From assembly GCA_965222225.1 (NCBI GenBank), contig CBDCTK010000002.1:5088001-5152000 (forward strand): a stretch of 64,000 nt of DNA, in the 5' to 3' direction. Made by a program: the position numbers and the translations under genes. Positions 1 through 9,542 of the stretch are shown piece by piece. Each line of letters starts with the position of its first letter. Within the stretch, counting starts at the first letter, position 1. Below the pieces are notes generated by a model, which worked only from the letters and a program-made list of their open reading frames with translations, ran no database searches and was not told the origin of the DNA. This DNA is from Candidatus Poribacteria bacterium (GTDB taxonomy: Bacteria > Poribacteria > WGA-4E > JAJDTR01).

Positions 1-182
1 AAAGACTCCTCCGTTTGTCTAGTCGTTGGTTATTCACTTGTTCGTTGAAACACAAAACACATCTCAATGGGCAATGAACAGGTGAATAACCACACTTTGT
101 ATTCCGCAGAAATGTGTGGATACCTACCCGAACAGTTAAGCAGAACAACTCACCGAACTCTACCCTGAATAAGGAGACCTCT

Positions 183-1103
183 ATGACCGATTTTATCGAT
201 TTTCACGACATCTTCCATGAAATACAAGAAAAATCCAAGGATGGAAACTACATTTACCGCGGGGAACCTAATTGCACAGAATCAGATAAACACGGCGGAA
301 AAGTATCGTCTCGTCTGTGGCGTGAATGTGTGAAACATAACATTCGTGATGTCGAAGACTTCCAGAAAACAAGAATTGAATACGCAAAAAGACATACAAC
401 GTCCGACGCACAGGAGTGGGCGATACTTACTGAAATTCAACACTACGGTGGTGATACAAACCTTATCGACTTTACGACAAGTTGCTTCGTCGCTCTCTTC
501 TTTGCGTGCAATGGTCATTTCGACAAAGATGGGCGTGTAATCGTACAAAACCTGAATGAACACCAATCCCGTATTATGCGACCTAGTGGCCCAGTTAATC
601 GTGTTCATGCCCAAAAAAGTATTTTCATGCGTCACGAAAAGGGTTATTTTGAACCCAAGGAAAGTGAACTAATCAAAATCCCGTCAAAGTTCAAAGAAGA
701 ATTGCTAACACACCTAGACAGATATCATGACATATCTGTCGTAACTATCTATAACGACCTTTATGGTTACATCCAATACCAACACTACCATGGTACTGCC
801 GAAGAGCATTTTTCTAAGGGTATAGGCTGTGAACAAAGCAATGAGTTGGTAAGAGCTATGGAACATTATGACCGGGCCATTCAATTAAATCGCAATTTCG
901 CGGGGGCATATTTCCGTCGCGGACAACTTCACTACAACAAAACTGCACCCGAAGACCGCGCGAGAGCTGTTGACGACTTTCGGAGAGCTGTGGAGATAGT
1001 GTCCGATTATTATCATGATTTACCGCCAGATATCCAAAAAATAATATTTCCTCCGCTTCCTAATTTATCCATACTAGGACAATCCACTAACCAAACACTG
1101 TAA
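183..1103 (+). CDS. FRG-domain protein with C-terminal TPR repeats
   Basis: YIYRGEP...LTEIQHYGGDTNLIDFTTSCFVALFFAC is the FRG-domain signature; C-terminal TPR-like helices (AMEHYDRAIQLNRNFAGAYFRRG). ATG183 follows AAGGAG, preferred over the track start at 114. Confidence 0.85.
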   Translation: MTDFIDFHDIFHEIQEKSKDGNYIYRGEPNCTESDKHGGKVSSRLWRECVKHNIRDVEDFQKTRIEYAKRHTTSDAQEWAILTEIQHYGGDTNLIDFTTSCFVALFFACNGHFDKDGRVIVQNLNEHQSRIMRPSGPVNRVHAQKSIFMRHEKGYFEPKESELIKIPSKFKEELLTHLDRYHDISVVTIYNDLYGYIQYQHYHGTAEEHFSKGIGCEQSNELVRAMEHYDRAIQLNRNFAGAYFRRGQLHYNKTAPEDRARAVDDFRRAVEIVSDYYHDLPPDIQKIIFPPLPNLSILGQSTNQTL

Positions 1104-1173
1104 ACTCAACGCTGAAGCGATGTGACGGCTTACCCCGCCCGTTACAATCCACATATGCCTACGAAAGGCCTCC

Positions 1174-2604
1174 ATGATCGAGAATGATGCATTAGAAAAC
1201 CCTGTTTTTGAATACTACTGGCTCACACATGCAAATGCAGACGCGGTATTTGAACGGTTAAAAAAGCAAAGATCGCATTGCTCCAAACTCGTTAGTAGTA
1301 AAGGCGAAATAGTTGAAAAGACATTAGTAGAGCGCCATGAAGCTTTAATAAACCTAGGTTTGGCATTGTATTACAGGCTTTCAAGCGAAACCGCACTCAG
1401 CCTTTATAGGAACAGCGATACGACGATAAAGCGTGCGTTATTAGCTGGCCCCTCCGTCCGAGAAATCGGCTTTCCCAATTTCTGGTTGGACGATGTCCTA
1501 GAGGAAATATTATCTTCTTTCGATGAAAATGTTGAATTCGTGAAATCGTTGTTTTCAAATGAATTCATTCCCTATGAAAAAATATTCAAGTTATACGAAA
1601 AACAAAGACCTTTTGACGAATTATCGGAAAAACAGTGGCTATGGGCCATAGATTTTACTACGCAAAATCCTCGCATGGATGGGTTGTGTTATCTCCACGA
1701 AGTATTCGACGGTTCTTCACCCTATAGTTCTTTCCTCGAATTCGGGTTGCGTTATGATGTATGGTGCTCCGCTTGGAATCTATTCGCCTCTGTACCGGTA
1801 AACTATTATTCTGCATACGTTCTTGCAGGTCTGGGCAAAATTCTAACTCCATGCGGCAAGAAGTGGTTTCCAGGGCCTGGCAATATAGATGTGCGGCAGA
1901 CAATAAAACGATGGGAAAAATCTGAAGACGAGGATGAATTGGACTGGTACCGCCAATGTCGAACGGCTTTAGGTCGATTATTGGAGGAAGATGAGTTAAA
2001 AGACAGCGATGATGTTGCTTTGAGGCAAGCGTACTATAATCAACTTGACTGGCATCTCTTAAAACCCGATGACGTAAAGCACGCCTTTGAAAGAGATAAG
2101 GAGAATTTTCTTGATGTCGCTATAGAAAACGACCTATTTTATGTAAATGAAGAGATTAGGACAGCATTGCGACATTGGTGTTGGCAGTATGGTCGTGATG
2201 CTAGTCGCTCATCAAAGGAGCATTGCCAGAGGTTCGACACGCGTGAGACATGGTTAAAACGAAAGCATCCCGAATGGTTTACCGAGTATGGAGACAATCC
2301 CCCCTTTGACCAAGTTGGCGATTTACGCTTACGAGCTGAAAAACGTCTTGTGTTCCTTCAAAAAGAGATTAAAGCACTCAGAAACATAGTAATCGGAATA
2401 GAGTCCGAATTCAAAGATAGTGAAGATGATGACAATTGGACGTTAGGAGATCAGAGACAACCGCTGCTCAATAGAATAAAATTTGAGATATTGCACTCAA
2501 ATAAACAAATGATGTCACACATTATGTCTAAGTTGTATTCAATCCTTGGCTGGATAGTTGTTACGCTTATTGTGGGTGCCATAGTAATCTTGAGTGTCGA
2601 TTAG
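1174..2604 (+). CDS. Hypothetical protein, helical, with C-terminal transmembrane anchor
   Basis: 476-aa ORF with RBS-like AAAGG; ends in hydrophobic ILGWIVVTLIVGAIVIL; no family recognised. Confidence 0.7.
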   Translation: MIENDALENPVFEYYWLTHANADAVFERLKKQRSHCSKLVSSKGEIVEKTLVERHEALINLGLALYYRLSSETALSLYRNSDTTIKRALLAGPSVREIGFPNFWLDDVLEEILSSFDENVEFVKSLFSNEFIPYEKIFKLYEKQRPFDELSEKQWLWAIDFTTQNPRMDGLCYLHEVFDGSSPYSSFLEFGLRYDVWCSAWNLFASVPVNYYSAYVLAGLGKILTPCGKKWFPGPGNIDVRQTIKRWEKSEDEDELDWYRQCRTALGRLLEEDELKDSDDVALRQAYYNQLDWHLLKPDDVKHAFERDKENFLDVAIENDLFYVNEEIRTALRHWCWQYGRDASRSSKEHCQRFDTRETWLKRKHPEWFTEYGDNPPFDQVGDLRLRAEKRLVFLQKEIKALRNIVIGIESEFKDSEDDDNWTLGDQRQPLLNRIKFEILHSNKQMMSHIMSKLYSILGWIVVTLIVGAIVILSVD

Positions 2605-2905
2605 AATAACCCCTACTTCACATGAAAAGGTGTTTGCAAGAACTTCAAACAAAAACTCGGCTACACTGACTTTGGCGCCGCCATCATGCTCATCGGGATG
2701 CTCGCCGCCAACCTGACCTCAATTACCGCCCTAAACAATGGCCATTTTGATTCAATCACCCGTACAAGATAAAAGTCTTGGGTCTTGAGGGTGCTACCGA
2801 TATTGAGGGAGGGATGATCGATTTGAACACTGCATTGGTAAAGAAACGATTATTCATGCGTGAACCCACTCCACCCTTCCTTCTCATCCACAACAATTAA
2901 AGGAG

Positions 2906-4135
2906 TTGGCTACAATATTTTACAAGTGTAAAAAGTCTAAGCTAACGCTTAATTCACATTATGTGGTATCTGTACAACTTTTCGAATCAAACAGTACTAT
3001 AGTAGACATCTTTCCAAAATGGAATTATGTAGTTACAGTAATCTTGGAGATTAGAATAACTACACTGTTTGGCAACTTGTCGAGGAGTGCCTTAAGTTAA
3101 CAATCGCGGCAATCACATTCCATGTTTTCCCATAGTTGCGATGTTTGCCTCGATAGATGTCTTTGGTGATGCGAAAAATCTTACACCATCTGACGATATG
3201 CTCAATACCAACCCTTTGTGTTGCCAACCGTCGGTTGAATTGCTTTGCCTCCTGAGTCAAGGCCCACTCCGACATTTCTTGATGGGCGTCGAACTATTGG
3301 CATACAGTTTGGCTATGCCCTGATAACCACTGTCAGCCAACTTCTTAGTTTCGGGGGAAATCGCCAGACGGCTTTCCTTCAGAATTCTGTAATCGTGAAC
3401 ACTCCCTTTGCGGCAGATAACCGATAATATTTCTAACATCGCCAAACACGCAATCAATTGAACTTTTATGGTGTGCCGTTTTTTTACCGCTGTAGTAGAC
3501 ACGCTGTCCTTTTGTTGGACGTTCAATGGGTCGCTCGGTGACATCAATGATGATTGTTTGGAGATTGCTCTCTAATAAGTGCTTTCGATTCTTCATCGAA
3601 AGCACTTTAACTAACACATCAAGTATCTGATGATAGATTTTATTTGCATAAGACTCACTGATACCAAACTCCAAGCCTAATCTGGCAAAGGTTGGATAGT
3701 GGTGCAAATAGGTGAATGTCAGGTGAATGTCAATAGAAGGCGATCGGTCAATGCCACCTCCGATTTCTTTCCTCGTTTCTTCATCGGCCGTTCTTCTCGA
3801 ACATTTTCGAGGTGAGTAGCCACACGCTCCAAAATTAGGTTGAAACCTGTCTTGTCAACACCAACCGCCCGCAGAAATTGCTCATCTGACAACTTTACTG
3901 CTTTTTCAAATTGACTCATGGGTATCCTTTCTACAATAGAAGATGTTGAAAGGATATAACGTGAAATCAAGCCAAATAGGTACTTATTTTGGAAAGATGT
4001 CTAGTAGCGAATTTATCTAAAGAAACTGAAACCCATGCCGTGACGGAGAGGTTCCCAAGTCTTGCAGCAGCGCAAGAAGCCTATGATGAAATCGGTGATT
4101 GGCTAGCGTGGGTTAAACAATTCAAAAGTTCATAA
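2906..4135 (+). pseudogene. Small ORF (~75 aa) interrupted by the IS5-family insertion
   Basis: Removing 3004-4005 rejoins MATIFYKCKK...SNSTIV with ANLSKETETHAVTERFPSLAAAQEAYDEIGDWLAWVKQFKSS* in one open frame ending at TAA 4133-4135. Confidence 0.5.
3004..4002 (-). mobile_element. IS5-family (ISL2/IS702-like) insertion sequence, transposase decayed
   Basis: Perfect 17-bp TIRs AGACATCTTTCCAAAAT (3004-3020) / ATTTTGGAAAGATGTCT (3986-4002); 3-bp TSD AGT (3001-3003, 4003-4005); transposase motifs IIDVTERPIERP, YYSGKK, HD, LADSGYQG, RVGIEH split over four ORFs (3060-3970). Confidence 0.92.
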
Positions 4136-4337
4136 TGGCACTACGTCCCTACCCCGAATCCGCGTTAATCGTGTGCGGCGCATCCAGCGTCGTCAGAAGT
4201 CAGTCGACTGTTGACTGAATCATTACAATCCTCACAACAGTCTTGAAAATAGCATTCTTTATCGTAGACATCTTGGCTCAACTCGAACGGTGAAACGATG
4301 CCTATTTGCGTGTCTAACCGTAAGGCCGTAAGGGTTG

Positions 4338-5063
4338 TCACAGTATTTCGTTCTGACACTCGTTCAGAATTTCGTTCGCTATCAATAGCGACTCAAATGT
4401 CCCCGCATCAGTCCACTTACCCGATAAGATGTCGTATTCCAGCTCGGAGCGCTTGATATATTCGTTGAGGACATCGGAGATTTCAAATTCCCCGCGATCG
4501 GATGGCTTCTGCTGTCGAATGAGGTCGAAAACCTTTTCATCGTACATGTAGTAGCCAATCACGGCATAATTGCTTTTAGGGTTACCCGGCTTTTCTTCGA
4601 CTGAGATTATTTTCTCTTCGTCCAATGCGGCAATCCCGAATTCCGTCGGTTTGCTCACCTCTTTCAGTAGAGCTCGCGCTCCCGTTTCCTGCCTCCGAAA
4701 GCTGTCAACATACGGCTTAATTGACCTGACAGCAATGTTATCCCCAAGGACAACAACAATCCTCTCTCCCTTCGCGAAATCTTCGGCGAGCAAAAGCGCG
4801 TGCGCTATGCCTTGCGCTTCCTCTTGAACCTTGTAGGTGAAGTCCACGCCGAAGGATTTTCCGCTTCCAAGCAGATTGACAACGTCTCCCATGTGCTCTG
4901 TGCTGGTTACCACAAGAATCTCCGTGACGCCAGCCGACACCAACTGCTTTATTGGATTAAATATCATCGGCTCCCTTCCAACGGGAAGCAGATGTTTGTT
5001 CGTGACTTTTGTCAACGGGTAGAGGCGCGTTCCCTTACCGCCCGCTAGGATAACACCTTTCAA
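4338..5063 (-). CDS. Short-form glucose-1-phosphate thymidylyltransferase (RmlA/SpsI-like)
   Basis: KGVILAGGKGTRLYPLT...KHLLPV, LGDN, VEEKP, RGEFEI, WTDAGT motifs. Confidence 0.9.
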   Translation of the reverse strand: MKGVILAGGKGTRLYPLTKVTNKHLLPVGREPMIFNPIKQLVSAGVTEILVVTSTEHMGDVVNLLGSGKSFGVDFTYKVQEEAQGIAHALLLAEDFAKGERIVVVLGDNIAVRSIKPYVDSFRRQETGARALLKEVSKPTEFGIAALDEEKIISVEEKPGNPKSNYAVIGYYMYDEKVFDLIRQQKPSDRGEFEISDVLNEYIKRSELEYDILSGKWTDAGTFESLLIANEILNECQNEIL

Positions 5064-5137
5064 AATGGACGAATTTCCTCCGTATGGATTGAGTTCCTAA
5101 CACAGTTTTTTAATTGCTTCCAGTTGCATTGGAAGAT

Positions 5138-6247
5138 TTATTGCGATTTTCCCCTTGCAGCGATTTCCCAAACCGATTCGACTATACCGTTTCGGACGCC
5201 GTAGTAACGGTCATGGAGGTTGACTGTGGTACAGCAGTGACTCGGCAAGATTTCAACCTTATCCCCGGGCTTGAGGTCAACGCTTGGTTCGGCGTCCATT
5301 GTGCCATGTTCCTCTGACAAACCACGCATCTCTAGTCCTTCAGCGAGTGGTTGAGGTATCCCAAACTCTTTTGTTAGCACCTTCATCCCCGAATCGACTA
5401 TGACCCGCGTAGGCTCCGGGCGGCTTACGACAGTCGTTAACAATGTCAGTGAACATGGAAACCGTTCTCCTACCCCTTCAACATTGTGGTACGTGCTATC
5501 CATGAACACATAAGATCCTGCCTGTATCTCCGTCATTTCAGGGTAAGATCCGGTAATTGCGTGTGTACCCGTTCCGCCGCCGCTCATGATTCCCACGGCA
5601 ATTCCGTTATCTTCAAGGAAATGCTTGGTGTCAATCAGGAGCTCAACAGCTTTTCCGGTCTCGATTTTCCGTTCGATCAGGTCCGGCCTAGCAACCGTGT
5701 GTCCTTCATACCCCATCAATCCCTCAAACTTGAGCCCTTTCGATTTTAGAATGTGCTGTGCGAGAGTCAATGTCGGCTCTCCGGGCATGGCACCGCAGCG
5801 CCCCATTCCAGTGCTGACCTCAATCAATACGCGGAGCGTCACGCCTTTCGCTTCCGCGGCGGCGGAAAGTTGATCGACGTTATCCGCGTCATCAACGGCA
5901 ACCATAATTTCCGAGTTCTTGGCAAGGTTGATCAATCGAGCAATTTTCTGACTTCCGACCACTTGGTTGGCGATGAGCACATCGCGGATTCCAGCGTGTA
6001 CCATGGCTTCAGCCTCGCCAAGTTTGGCGCAGGTAATGCCGATTGCTCCGGCTTCAAGCTGCTTGTTTGCGATGATTGGGGTTTTGTGCGTTTTTGCGTG
6101 CGGGCGCAGTTCTGCGTTGACAGTCTTGAAAAAGTCCGCCATCGTCCGGATATTGGCTTCGAAAACATCCAAATCAATGAGCAAGGCGGGTGTGTCGATT
6201 TCTTCCTTGGGAATACCTATGAAAACATCAGGGTGTGCCTCGGACAT
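5138..6247 (-). CDS. DSD1-family PLP-dependent enzyme (D-threonine aldolase/D-serine dehydratase-like)
   Basis: IDTPALLIDLD, LRPHAKTHK (PLP Lys), GYEGH, SGGGTGT, EIQAGSYVFMD, SEEHG, PSHCCTTVNLHD. Confidence 0.92.
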   Translation of the reverse strand: MSEAHPDVFIGIPKEEIDTPALLIDLDVFEANIRTMADFFKTVNAELRPHAKTHKTPIIANKQLEAGAIGITCAKLGEAEAMVHAGIRDVLIANQVVGSQKIARLINLAKNSEIMVAVDDADNVDQLSAAAEAKGVTLRVLIEVSTGMGRCGAMPGEPTLTLAQHILKSKGLKFEGLMGYEGHTVARPDLIERKIETGKAVELLIDTKHFLEDNGIAVGIMSGGGTGTHAITGSYPEMTEIQAGSYVFMDSTYHNVEGVGERFPCSLTLLTTVVSRPEPTRVIVDSGMKVLTKEFGIPQPLAEGLEMRGLSEEHGTMDAEPSVDLKPGDKVEILPSHCCTTVNLHDRYYGVRNGIVESVWEIAARGKSQ

Positions 6248-6296
6248 TACGTTACCTCCTTGGGATTAATGACCATTGATAATCTTCCTTCAAGTC

Positions 6297-7244
6297 CTAA
6301 AGCTGTTTGACCGGATTAGAGAGCGTGCCCAGTCCGCCGATTTCAATCTGTACAATATCACCGGGGGCAAGCGGCAAGTCATTCGGAACGATGATGCCGG
6401 TCCCTGTGGATACAACCGTTCCAATCGGAACAGGATTATCTCGGCAAAGGAATTCGGTAAGCTCTTCGAACTTCCAGTTAATTTGGGAAGTGTTGACCTC
6501 GCCTTCATACAACGGCTTGTCGTTCCGCAGGACTGTACATCTTACATCAAGATTGTACGGGTCATCAATCTCGGATGCGGTGACAAACATTGGACCGAGA
6601 GCACAGCACCCGTAAAAAACCTTCGATTGTGGCAAGTAAAGCGGATTCTCGCGTTCCAAATCCCATGCGGAGACATCGTTGCATATCGTGTATCCTGCTA
6701 TCTCGCCATCGGAGCCGAGGACATAAGCCAATTCCGGTTCTGTCGCGGTCAACTCAGAGTCGCTCCGGATACAAATGAAGCCATTCGGACCGGTGCAACG
6801 AGGCACGGTTCCTTTGAAAAAAATCTCGGGGCGATTTGCATTGTAAACACGGCTATAGATATCCTGTTCGCTGTCTTCATCGCGCATATCCGCGCTCCGC
6901 TTGTACGTAACGCCACAGCCCCAAACCTCGGGCGTGTCAAGAGGCAGAAGAAGATGCGGTTTATTCGGATCCGGCGGAATATTAAGATCTTCAAATATAA
7001 ATCTATCGCTTCTGGGTTCTGCCGACCTGCCCGGACGTGAAGGAATCCGGAGCGGCGGATTCACGACGCGCTCCTGAATATCCGCCAGCAGAACTCCTAT
7101 GCTAACACCTTCGCTGTAGGCTAACTCCAAGATTTCGAGGACGCCCGGAGATTCGTCGCTGGTAACGTCAATAACCTCATCCTCGCGCGTAACAATGCCG
7201 ACGCGCTTTCCCATATTGGGTAGATGAAATTGAATAAGTTTCAT
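6297..7244 (-). CDS. Fumarylacetoacetate-hydrolase family protein, 2-keto-3-deoxypentonate dehydratase-like (XylX/KdaD)
   Basis: EVWGCGVTYKRS, RPEIFFK, EPELA, GYTICNDVSAWDLERENPLYLPQSK, STGTGI. Confidence 0.88.
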   Translation of the reverse strand: MKLIQFHLPNMGKRVGIVTREDEVIDVTSDESPGVLEILELAYSEGVSIGVLLADIQERVVNPPLRIPSRPGRSAEPRSDRFIFEDLNIPPDPNKPHLLLPLDTPEVWGCGVTYKRSADMRDEDSEQDIYSRVYNANRPEIFFKGTVPRCTGPNGFICIRSDSELTATEPELAYVLGSDGEIAGYTICNDVSAWDLERENPLYLPQSKVFYGCCALGPMFVTASEIDDPYNLDVRCTVLRNDKPLYEGEVNTSQINWKFEELTEFLCRDNPVPIGTVVSTGTGIIVPNDLPLAPGDIVQIEIGGLGTLSNPVKQL

Positions 7245-7411
7245 AATTTTCTCCAGTTTTTATTTTCTCAAACTTTTAAGAATGGCTGTACGAGAGTATG
7301 TATTTCAAGATTTGGCTGCGTTACGTACGTGTTACGGATACGGCATGATAGATACGTAGAAGGAAATCGCCCTGTTCCCGCTGATGATGATGACCTAAAA
7401 ACTGCTTGTTG

Positions 7412-7541
7412 CCCAAGCCACGGCTAACCTTCCGGTAGAGGATTGCGGTTTTGCACGCATTGAATTTCCAGTGGTAGATACGTCCTCATTACGGGTTGAT
7501 TATGTGAACCGAGTCCTGTGTCCAAAGTCCGCACACTTGGG
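7412..7541 (-). ncRNA. Candidate structured RNA / 5' leader, unassigned family
   Basis: Closing stem CCCAAGUGUGCGG/CCGUGGCUUGGG, internal stems AGGA/UCCU and CGGUU/AACCG, GGAA-capped hairpin; begins right after promoter 7545-7573. Confidence 0.55.
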
Positions 7542-7544
7542 TAT

Positions 7545-7573
7545 ATGATATTTCTGCGAGTTTGTGGTGTCAA
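7545..7573 (-). promoter_or_regulatory. Sigma70-type promoter for the FAH-DSD1-RmlA-like operon
   Basis: Minus strand TTGACA-17 bp-TATCAT. Confidence 0.75.
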
Positions 7574-7745
7574 GCAAAATGTGAGGAGGAGGCGAAACGT
7601 CCCCTTCCTCAATGGGGCTGTTCGAGAGCGGCTCAAGTTCGGTGGATGATGGCAATTCGCAACCTTCTGAAACTCTTTAGGCACACTCAATCGTTAAATG
7701 ATAGGGAATCTGTTTTTGTCGCTTAGTAGTGTTGAAATTCAATGC

Positions 7746-7775
7746 TTGACGGGTGTTTAAATAGGGCACTATAAT
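7746..7775 (+). promoter_or_regulatory. Sigma70-type promoter for htrA-like gene
   Basis: TTGACG-18 bp-TATAAT. Confidence 0.7.
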
Positions 7776-8029
7776 GGGATTCCTGAAACCTAATCGTGTT
7801 TTGTTGGGTGATTTGAACACCAAGGTGAGTTGAGAATCGTACCGGGTAGAATATTGAAATAAGAGGTCTTTAAACTTTGCCCCTAGCAAATTGCGCAAGC
7901 ACGCTTCCCAAATCTCGCATCTCCTCACCTCTTAAAACGGACCATCATTGCAGTAGCCGCATAAGTTCAAATCTATTTGCAATTGCCCCCAAATACTTCC
8001 TATTTAGCCACCAATTGTAGAGGAAGACC

Positions 8030-9439
8030 ATGATGAAGAAAAGCGCCACTATGTGCTCAGTATTCACTCTACTCACTCTAAGTATCCTCGTGTCGACCTG
8101 TAACACGTCGGTTCAGTCTACGAGTCCGAGCCGCTCTCTAACAGCTCGGACGGATATCCAACTCTTGGAGTCCATTCAAAACGCGTTTGCCAATATCTAC
8201 GATCAAAGTAAACTGGCTGTTGTTAGTGTTTCGGCAAGGAACGTGAGGCGAAAAGCCGGTCATGGCTTGGAGGGAGTCCAGCATTTTCCCGAACTGGGGG
8301 GAGCGGGGATTATCTTTCGTTCGGACGGCTACATCGTAACAAACGACCACGTCGTGAATGGTGCGGAGACGATACGTGTTCGTCCGTTCAATCGTCGATG
8401 GTACGATGCCGAGCTGATCGGAGAAGATGCAAGCACAGATATTGCTGTGCTGAAGATTGACGTAGGAGAAGAGTTGCCAAAACTTTCCTTCGCCGACTCC
8501 GATGAGGTTCGAGTCGGGCAGTTTGCCATTGCCATTGGTAACCCCTTCAGTCTTGACTACACTATTACAACCGGAATCGTGAGTGGAATAGGACGCGCTT
8601 TGCCACTGGGAGATAACATAATTCGCTATCAAGATTTCATTCAGACGGATGCATGGCTTAGTAAGGGGAACAGCGGAGGTCCCCTGTTGAATATTTACGG
8701 CGAAGTTATCGGGTTAAACTCGGTCATCCGCAAAACGGACGACGCGATTGCTACTGACGTAGTCAAAGCGGGTGCCAGTTTTGCTATCCCTATCAATTTG
8801 GTCAAGAGGATTTGTGAGCAGCTAGTTAACAACCGAAAGGTCACACGTGGTTGGCTCGGGATACGCATGAGAAAAGTGCAGGACGGGATTCGTGTTGGGG
8901 GAGTAGTGCCATCCTCGCCAGCCCAACGCGGCGGACTACAGCGGGGTGACATTATCACAAGATATAAGGGAAAAGAAGTGAACGACCTCCGCCAACTCCA
9001 GTTCCAGATAGCGGAATCGCTAGTGGGTGAGAAAGCCAAGATTACGGTTCTCCGGCACGGTCAGAAGAAAACGCTTGAGGTTGCAATTGGAGAAATTCCA
9101 CCGCGGCTTGTGGAAAGATGGGTTGCCCCAACGTCAGAATCGTGGAAAATCCTAGGCATTGTTACCCGAGAATTGGGGGCAAGCGATTTTGAAAATTACA
9201 CTTTTCTTAAACCTGGTGACCAAGGCGTCATGGTTAAAGCCATCAAATCGGGTGCACCGGCGGAGAACGCCGGGATTTTGCGCGGCACCTTAATTGTTGC
9301 GATTAACGGCAAGGAAGTTGAGAGCGTGGAGCAATTCGACGAACTGCTGCACTCGGCGCTGAATGAACCCGAGATTATCCTTGAAATCACGCATGGCGAG
9401 GGTAAGAAGGTTATCAGTGTCAAACCCATCCAAGAGTGA
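8030..9439 (+). CDS. HtrA/DegP-family serine protease with two PDZ domains
   Basis: Signal/lipoprotein N-terminus; triad motifs TNDHVV, TDIAVLK, GNSGGPL; RGWLGI and two PDZ domains. Confidence 0.95.
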   Translation: MMKKSATMCSVFTLLTLSILVSTCNTSVQSTSPSRSLTARTDIQLLESIQNAFANIYDQSKLAVVSVSARNVRRKAGHGLEGVQHFPELGGAGIIFRSDGYIVTNDHVVNGAETIRVRPFNRRWYDAELIGEDASTDIAVLKIDVGEELPKLSFADSDEVRVGQFAIAIGNPFSLDYTITTGIVSGIGRALPLGDNIIRYQDFIQTDAWLSKGNSGGPLLNIYGEVIGLNSVIRKTDDAIATDVVKAGASFAIPINLVKRICEQLVNNRKVTRGWLGIRMRKVQDGIRVGGVVPSSPAQRGGLQRGDIITRYKGKEVNDLRQLQFQIAESLVGEKAKITVLRHGQKKTLEVAIGEIPPRLVERWVAPTSESWKILGIVTRELGASDFENYTFLKPGDQGVMVKAIKSGAPAENAGILRGTLIVAINGKEVESVEQFDELLHSALNEPEIILEITHGEGKKVISVKPIQE

Positions 9440-9542
9440 GCAAGTGGCGCATTAATCTGTTCATCTCTACAATCTCCATGCGGTACATAATTGTGGCGTA
9501 ACGCCTCTGGTTTCTTGGATATCCTAGCACAATCTAAATGTC

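Noticed and set aside
3479-3485. Programmed -1 frameshift making the IS5 transposase functional
   Set aside because: The A7 run would need a +1/-2 shift to reach the downstream frame, and two further lesions break the gene anyway.
4165-4359. Cys/Asp-rich 64-aa ORF (ECYFQDCCEDCND) as a RiPP precursor or metallothionein
   Set aside because: Overlaps the end of the upstream gene, has no convincing RBS and no maturase or transporter nearby; probably chance.
6276-7040. 254-aa plus-strand ORF
   Set aside because: Antisense shadow of the FAH-family gene; no motifs.
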